A DNA stretch of 64,000 nucleotides. Origin: Bacillota bacterium. GTDB taxonomy: Bacteria > Bacillota > Sulfobacillia > DUMF01. A model generated the notes under the pieces. That model searched no databases. It was not told the origin of the DNA and saw only the letters and a program-made list of their open reading frames with translations. A program made the position numbers and the translations under genes. Positions 58,657 to 64,000 of the stretch are shown here, piece after piece. Where the stretch lies: positions 109,697-173,696 of the forward strand of contig JBNARI010000001.1 in assembly GCA_049718765.1 (NCBI GenBank), given 5' to 3'. Positions within the stretch are counted from its first letter, which is position 1, and every line of letters begins with the position of its first letter.

Positions 58657-58783
58657 GCCGGGCTTTCTCTGTCCCAAAAACGGGCTAACGATGTCCGAAT
58701 AATGGGACAGGCGCTGCCGTTCAGCGGGCCTCCATTCATCGTAAGACCAGCTAAGCATAGGGTTTTGCACTGGGGAGGCAAAA

Positions 58784-58799
58784 CGGCACGGGTATTGCT
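58784..58799 (+). promoter_or_regulatory. candidate sigma-54 (-24/-12) promoter for the SSS-transporter operon
   Basis: CGGCACGggtaTTGCT matches TGGCACG-N4-TTGCW with correct GG/GC spacing, about 130 nt upstream of the TTG start at 58932. It is immediately preceded by the palindrome GTTTTGCactggggagGCAAAAC (58762–58784). Confidence 0.45.
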
Positions 58800-58931
58800 A
58801 GCGCTTAAAAAGCAGGTACAAACGACTGTTGGCAGGGGGGTGGGAACGTCGTTGACCCAATTGTGATCTTTGCTCGGGTATGTGGGCTTCAAGGAGTTGC
58901 GAACAAGTTATCCACTTAGGGGGGAAGGGGT

Positions 58932-60323
58932 TTGCTGCATTTTGTAGCATTGATTGGTTACCTGGTGGGTATGTCCCTCGTCGCGTCTTATTACTCAAAG
59001 TTCATCAAGACTGAAGAGGACTTTTTACTGGCAGGTCGCCGCCTGGGTGCTGTGGTTCTAGCAGGTACAATGATGGCTACTTGGATGGGTTCGGGAACTG
59101 TGGTCGGTGGTACCAACTCGCTGGGCTATCAATACGGGCCGTGGGTGGCAGTGATCTTCGGAATTGCATCACCCATAGGTATTCTGTTGCTGGTGTTCCT
59201 GTCTAAGAGGATCAAAGCCATGCAAGCCCGAAGCGTGCCGGATGTGTTCGAACTTGCGTATGGACCAGCTGCCCGGGCAATCGTTAGCGTCATAGTCATG
59301 ATTGCTTACCTTGCGATTACCTCTTACCAGTTCACTGGGACTGGATTTGTTCTCAACGCAATACTTGGAATACCTACCAGCGTGGCAACCCTGATCAGCG
59401 CTGTGGCGATAACTGCCATGACTGTTACTGGTGGTCTGGTGTCTGTAGCGTACACTGACTTCATCAGCGCCGTACTGATGTTGACTGGGCTGTTGTTGGG
59501 AGTACCGGCGGCGATCATCAGAGCGGGTGGGTGGTCGAGCATTGCTGCCAAGCTGCCTCCACAAAACCTCCGACTTGGCGGGATCACGTGGCTCAAGATC
59601 CTGGGCTACTTCTTGCCAACTTTCTTGCTGGTAATAGGGGATCAAAACATGTACCAAAGGTTGTTCGCCGCGAAGGATGCCACACATGCGAGGATGGGTT
59701 CCATTGGATGGTTCATCGGTGTTGCACTGGTAATGCCTCTGGTGGCGTTTGGAGCTACTGCCTCGCGAGCGTTGCACCCGAACATTCCTGCTGGTCAAGC
59801 TCTCATAACGTTGGCCGTCAAGGACATGCCTGCGGTGCTTGGAATGCTCTGTATTATTGCCATATCTGCCTTCATAGTGACCACTGGCGACTCGTTCCTT
59901 CTCACTTGCTCCACGAACCTAGGTTGGGACCTCTATTTTCGCTACATAAACCCGAAGGCTTCCGAGCGGCAGCGATTGGTCTTCTACAGGGCTGCAGTGA
60001 TTGTCCTGGCAGCGATTGCGTACGTGATCGTTCAGTTCTTCCCCACTGTGCTGGCAGTGCAAATGTATGCATACACGATGTACGGCGCCGCAGTAACGCC
60101 GCCCCTGTTGGCAGCAGTGATATGGCCTGGCACCACCAAGGCTGCTGGGATCTCTTCCATGCTTGTGGGAGCGGTGACTACCTTAACGTGGGAGATTATG
60201 AAGAAGCCCTTTGGCATTGACACGGTGCTCGTGGCAGCCCCCCTGTCCGTTGCGGTGCTAGTGATAGTGAATCTGTTGACGAGGGGAAAGAAGGTTCCTT
60301 CTCAGGTGAGCAAGGCGGTTTGA
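58932..60323 (+). CDS. sodium:solute symporter (SSS) family transporter, PutP/OpuE-like
   Basis: 463 aa, about 13 transmembrane segments. N-terminal SSS core (…LAGRRLGAVVLAGTMMATWMGSGTVVGG…). TTG start after GGGGGGAAGGGG. Confidence 0.85.
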   Translation: MLHFVALIGYLVGMSLVASYYSKFIKTEEDFLLAGRRLGAVVLAGTMMATWMGSGTVVGGTNSLGYQYGPWVAVIFGIASPIGILLLVFLSKRIKAMQARSVPDVFELAYGPAARAIVSVIVMIAYLAITSYQFTGTGFVLNAILGIPTSVATLISAVAITAMTVTGGLVSVAYTDFISAVLMLTGLLLGVPAAIIRAGGWSSIAAKLPPQNLRLGGITWLKILGYFLPTFLLVIGDQNMYQRLFAAKDATHARMGSIGWFIGVALVMPLVAFGATASRALHPNIPAGQALITLAVKDMPAVLGMLCIIAISAFIVTTGDSFLLTCSTNLGWDLYFRYINPKASERQRLVFYRAAVIVLAAIAYVIVQFFPTVLAVQMYAYTMYGAAVTPPLLAAVIWPGTTKAAGISSMLVGAVTTLTWEIMKKPFGIDTVLVAAPLSVAVLVIVNLLTRGKKVPSQVSKAV

Positions 60324-60353
60324 TGGGACGAAACGACGTCAATTGGGAGAACC

Positions 60354-61511
60354 GTGGAAGAGGAGGTATGGGCTGTGGGTGTAAAGGAACGTGTTGACCG
60401 CCTCAGAACATTCATGCAGGAGAAGGGCATAGACGCTTGCGTAGTTGTTGATCCGCTCAACCAGTATTACCTAACAGGGTTCTACGCCATTACTTACAGC
60501 AGGCCCATAATCACTGTGATCTTGCCAGACAAGGTAGAGCTCATAGTGCCTGCTCTCGAAGAGCTGCATGCTGCGGAAAGTGCAAAGGTGGACTGCCTAC
60601 GGGTATACTACGAGCACCCTGAGAAAGCCAGTAGCGCAAAGAGCGCCTGGGAACTCCTGCACGACGTGGTTAAGGCTCATAATGTCCATTGCGTCGGCGT
60701 GGAAATGGACGTGATCCCCGCCGCTCTGGCCAACCGAATAGCTTCTGCGGTACCCAAGGCGCTGGAGGACTGTGGCCCAGTGATAGCCAAAATGCGATTG
60801 GTAAAGGACAGCCAGGAACTGGAGCTGATTAGGAATGCTGCCGTGCTGGCCGACACTGGTGTGTTAACCACCATCAAGAACAGCCTTCCTGGGGTCACTG
60901 AACTAGAAATCGACGCGGTTGGAAACGCAGAAATATTGAAAGCCGCCGCCCAGAGATTCCCGGGCTGCAGAGTTGACTTATTTGCCATGTCGCCTTCAGG
61001 AGCGGAGCGAACCGTGCTTCCACACGTTTTTTCCATTCCGCGGCGTCTCGTAAAAGGAGACGTGGTCATCCATAGTCGTCAGGTGGCGCTTGACGGTTAC
61101 CGCGCCGAGTCAGAACGGACATATTTCGTGGGCGAAGCTTCCAGTGAATACGAGCGGCTATTCAAGGTAATGTTGGAGGCACAGACCGCAGGAATCAACG
61201 CAATTAGGGCAGGTGTAACATGTAGAGAAGTAGATCAGGCTGCGCGGCGGGTGATACAGGAAGCGGGCTTTGGTGAGCACTTCATACACCGAACAGGTCA
61301 CGGTCTCGGGTTAGGCTTGCACGAACCTCCATACCTCCGCTTTGACAACGACGAGGTGCTGGTAGAGGGAATGGTGGTGAGCGTCGAACCCGCCTTCTTT
61401 GTGCCCGGGAAGGGTGGCTTCAGACACTCTGACACGGTTATCGTAACGGCAACCGGTGCGGAAGTGGTCACGAAAGCCCCAAGGAAGTTCGAAGAGTTAG
61501 TGGTCGGATAA
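60354..61511 (+). CDS. M24B Xaa-Pro dipeptidase / aminopeptidase (prolidase-like)
   Basis: Creatinase-N-like N-domain plus M24 catalytic motifs (…HRTGHGLGLGLHEPPY…, VVSVEPAFFVPGKGGFRHSD). Confidence 0.8.
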   Translation: MEEEVWAVGVKERVDRLRTFMQEKGIDACVVVDPLNQYYLTGFYAITYSRPIITVILPDKVELIVPALEELHAAESAKVDCLRVYYEHPEKASSAKSAWELLHDVVKAHNVHCVGVEMDVIPAALANRIASAVPKALEDCGPVIAKMRLVKDSQELELIRNAAVLADTGVLTTIKNSLPGVTELEIDAVGNAEILKAAAQRFPGCRVDLFAMSPSGAERTVLPHVFSIPRRLVKGDVVIHSRQVALDGYRAESERTYFVGEASSEYERLFKVMLEAQTAGINAIRAGVTCREVDQAARRVIQEAGFGEHFIHRTGHGLGLGLHEPPYLRFDNDEVLVEGMVVSVEPAFFVPGKGGFRHSDTVIVTATGAEVVTKAPRKFEELVVG

Positions 61512-61524
61512 CTGGTTGGAGCCT

Positions 61525-61566
61525 TTTTGACGGTTATGCAGCCAGGAGAATCTGCAAACCTGGCTG
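61525..61566 (+). other. 13-bp perfect inverted repeat (hairpin) between the peptidase and the glycyl-radical-enzyme gene, overlapping a sigma-54-like TGGC…TGCT motif
   Basis: TTATGCAGCCAGG-agaatctgcaaa-CCTGGCTGCATAA. Downstream, TGGCTGCataaCTGCT has GG/GC at the sigma-54 spacing. No U-tract follows, so terminator and operator roles are both possible. Confidence 0.35.
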
Positions 61567-61763
61567 CATAACTGCTTAATGGTTCTTAACGTAGCGTGAC
61601 AGCGGGTGGGATGGAGTAAACGCTGCCTGGTTTCTATGCGTTTGCCGGGCATACAGCTACACCGACGATTGGGTGGGGCTTTTCCCGGGAAACGTTTTGG
61701 GTTAGGGCGGCTACTGCTCCGAGGATGCCAAATTCCAGGAGGCGAGCAACTGTGTCAGGGTGC

Positions 61764-64000
61764 ATGCTGCCGGCTCAAGGAATCGAGCGCGAGCTGCAGA
61801 GAAGGAGGGGCGCCATCAAGCCCATTAATGCCAGGATTGCCAGACTCAGACAGGAAAGCGTGCAGGCAGAAGTAAGGGTCAGTGGGGAAAGGGCCAAACT
61901 GGTGACTGAATTCTACACACAGGGGAGTTCTCCGGGTATTTCCGTCCCCGTTCAGCGAGCAATGGCCTTCAAATACCTCATGGAGCGTGTGAGCATACCT
62001 GTAGAGGAGGGCCAGCTCATCGTAGGGCTCAGGGGCACCGGCCCTCAGCAGGTGCCCACATACCCCGAGATCTGCGTGCACAGTCTGGAAGATCTTGAGG
62101 TGTTGCACTCGCGGGAGAACATGCCTTATAAGGTGGACGAAGAAACAAGACAGCTGTACCAAACCGAGGTCATTCCGTTTTGGAAGGGCAAGGCGATGAG
62201 GGACCTGATGTTCCAGAGCTTGCCTCAGCAGTGGCTGGCGGCATACCAAGCAGGTGTGTGGACCGAGTTCATGGAACAGAGAGCTCCAGGCCATACTGCT
62301 GGGGGTATCAGGATATTCCAAAAGGGACTCTTGGACATCAAGGATGAAATCAGACAGGTCATGCATTCCCTGGAGCCGCATGACCCGCAGTACTACGACA
62401 AGATCGAAGAGCTTAAGGCGATGGACGTTGTGGCCGACGCGCTTCTCATTTACGCCAACAGGTACGCCCTTAAACTGGAGGAAATGGCAAGCACGGAGTC
62501 GGACCCAGGCCGGAAAGAGGAGCTCACTCAAATGGCCGAGATTTGCAGGTGGGTTCCGGCCCGGGCGCCTCGCACGTTCTGGGAAGCGCTGCAGCATTAC
62601 TGGTTCGTGCATGTGGGCGTGGCATATGAGGCCAACCCCTGGGATTCGTTCAATCCGGGACGAATAGACCAGCACTTGTACCCCTTCTACAAGAGGGATG
62701 TGGACGAGGGCAGGTTGACCAGAGAACGTGCTAAGGAGCTCCTGCAAGCTTTTTGGATCAAGTTCAACAATCAGCCTGCTGTGCCGAAAGTTGGCGTCAC
62801 CGTGGAAGAGAGCTTCACGTATAACGACTTTGCCAAGCTTAATGTGGGAGGGCTCAAAGAGGACGGTTCGGACGGAGTCAATGAGCTGTCCTACCTGATT
62901 CTGGAAGTGCTGGACGAAATGCGAACCCTCCAACCTAACACTGCAGCGCTCCTGAGCAACAAAAACCCGGATCGTTTCCTCATGAAAGCGCTGCAAGTGG
63001 TGGGACCTGGGTTTGGAGAACCACCCATGTTTAACTTCGACGGCGTTGTGGTGAAGATGTTGAGACAAGGAAAGACCCTTGAGGATGCGAGGGCTTCTGG
63101 GGTAAGCGGATGCGTTGAGACTGGCGCGTTCGGTAAGGAATGTTACATTCTCACAGGATACCTCAATCTCCCCAAGATACTCGAGATCACTCTGAACAAC
63201 GGCACTGACCCTCTTACTGGAAAGAGGATCGGGATTGAGACTGGGGATCCCAGGACCTTCTGCAACTTCGAGGATTTGTGGGAGGCTTTCGAAAAACAGC
63301 TTGCCTATTTCATCGAAATTAAGATGAAGGGCAATGACATCATTGAGGCTCTCTATGCCAAACAGTTGCCAGTACCGTTCCTCTCTCTGTGGATTGAAGA
63401 CTGTGTGCGCAAGGGGAAGGACTACAACGCTGGAGGAGCACGTTACAACACCCAGTACATTCAAGCCGTTGGGCTTGGCACCCTCGCGTACAGCCTTGCA
63501 GCCATCCGCTACCACGTATTTGAGAGACAGGCCGTATCCATGGAGAGGCTGCTGCAGGCCATGGCTAACAATTTTGAAGGGCAGCACGAACTGCTCAGGC
63601 AGGTTATACTGAGCAGGACTCCAAGATATGGAGAGGACGACGACTTCGCAGACTCGATTGCGGTTAGGATCGTTGACAGCCTCGTGCGGATTGTGGAAAG
63701 TTTTCCGCCGTCGCCGATCCGGAGAGCCTCCCGAAGAGTTTACTTCCTGCCGACCACCGCGCACGTGTATTTTGGAAAGATGACCGGTGCTACTCCAGAT
63801 GGGAGGAAGGCAGGTTTCCCGGTATCGGAGGGGGTATCCCCAGTTCAAGGCAGCGACAGGAAGGGGATCGCCCCGGTTTTTAGGTCCGTGGCAAAGTGCG
63901 ACTGGGATAAGACTGGTGGGGCCTTGCTCAACCAAAGATTGACCCCCGACTTGCTTGAAGGCGAGGAAAACATGAAGAAGTTAGGTCACCTGATTAGAGT
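61764..64000 (+). CDS. glycyl radical enzyme, PFL2 / glycerol-dehydratase (eliminase) family; 3' end beyond the window. HypD-like trans-4-hydroxy-L-proline dehydratase is a candidate identity
   Basis: Hand translation from ATG 61764 gives MLPAQGIERELQRRRGAIKPINARIARLRQESVQAEVRVSGERAKLVTEFYTQG…TYPEICVHSLEDLEVLH…EFMEQRAPGHT…WFVHVGV…FNNQPAVPKVG…SGCVETGAFGKECYILTGYLN…YNTQYIQAVGLGT…TPRYGEDDDFAD…LPTTAHVYFG…KTGGALLNQRL. GRE-eliminase hallmarks include the single catalytic Cys in the GCVE motif. The Gly-radical motif lies off the window. Alternative in-frame starts at 61725 and 61752. The 726-aa minus-strand track ORF (61755..63935) is its antisense shadow. Confidence 0.85.
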   Translation, partial: MLPAQGIERELQRRRGAIKPINARIARLRQESVQAEVRVSGERAKLVTEFYTQGSSPGISVPVQRAMAFKYLMERVSIPVEEGQLIVGLRGTGPQQVPTYPEICVHSLEDLEVLHSRENMPYKVDEETRQLYQTEVIPFWKGKAMRDLMFQSLPQQWLAAYQAGVWTEFMEQRAPGHTAGGIRIFQKGLLDIKDEIRQVMHSLEPHDPQYYDKIEELKAMDVVADALLIYANRYALKLEEMASTESDPGRKEELTQMAEICRWVPARAPRTFWEALQHYWFVHVGVAYEANPWDSFNPGRIDQHLYPFYKRDVDEGRLTRERAKELLQAFWIKFNNQPAVPKVGVTVEESFTYNDFAKLNVGGLKEDGSDGVNELSYLILEVLDEMRTLQPNTAALLSNKNPDRFLMKALQVVGPGFGEPPMFNFDGVVVKMLRQGKTLEDARASGVSGCVETGAFGKECYILTGYLNLPKILEITLNNGTDPLTGKRIGIETGDPRTFCNFEDLWEAFEKQLAYFIEIKMKGNDIIEALYAKQLPVPFLSLWIEDCVRKGKDYNAGGARYNTQYIQAVGLGTLAYSLAAIRYHVFERQAVSMERLLQAMANNFEGQHELLRQVILSRTPRYGEDDDFADSIAVRIVDSLVRIVESFPPSPIRRASRRVYFLPTTAHVYFGKMTGATPDGRKAGFPVSEGVSPVQGSDRKGIAPVFRSVAKCDWDKTGGALLNQRLTPDLLEGEENMKKLGHLIR

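Overview
This is a compact, roughly 60% GC, coding-dense bacterial chromosomal segment with short overlaps, TTG/GTG starts and GGAGG-type ribosome-binding sites. The gene order, a Firmicutes-style purEBCSQLFMNHD operon, a TAXI-TRAP transporter and sigma-54 control suggest a high-GC, probably thermophilic Bacillota lineage (Symbiobacterium, Thermaerobacter or Limnochordia-like); this is inference only. I found no rRNA, tRNA, CRISPR, transposase or integrase.

Housekeeping content, in order:
- Two tandem M42 aminopeptidases preceded by a radical-SAM protein with an internal PDZ domain.
- guaB.
- A minus-strand operon with a CCA-type tRNA nucleotidyltransferase followed by an uncharacterised 2-hydroxyacyl-CoA-dehydratase-like system (two HgdA/B-type subunits plus an HgdC-type activating ATPase).
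- A molybdenum-cofactor cluster (moeA, a MoeA–PBP fusion, moaA, moaC, mogA), then hpt and guaA.
- A purine block: a PbuG-like permease, purE-B-C-S-Q-L-F-M-N-H-D without purK, then a QueT-like gene.

Accessory islands:
- A NitT/TauT-type ABC transporter with no binding-protein gene, a fused double permease, a split-off AAA-associated domain protein and a 35-aa zinc ribbon.
- A c-di-GMP module: one roughly 1010-aa GAF-PAS-GAF-GAF-HD-GYP gene broken by an in-frame TAG and a -1 frameshift, next to an intact PocR-GAF-GAF-HD-GYP paralogue. Downstream sits a degenerate-GGDEF/HTH regulator controlling an AbgT transporter and two M20 amidohydrolases.
- A GntR-headed catabolic cluster: M24 peptidase, TAXI-TRAP, D-2-hydroxyacid dehydrogenase, HMGL-like synthase and two Zn-dependent alcohol dehydrogenases.
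- At the 3' end, a sigma-54 activator followed by an SSS (PutP-like) transporter, an M24 Xaa-Pro dipeptidase and a PFL2-type glycyl radical enzyme truncated by the window edge.

The two systems I rate most worth following are this last locus (a candidate hydroxyproline-dehydratase, HypD-like system) and the cca-linked Hgd-like cluster.
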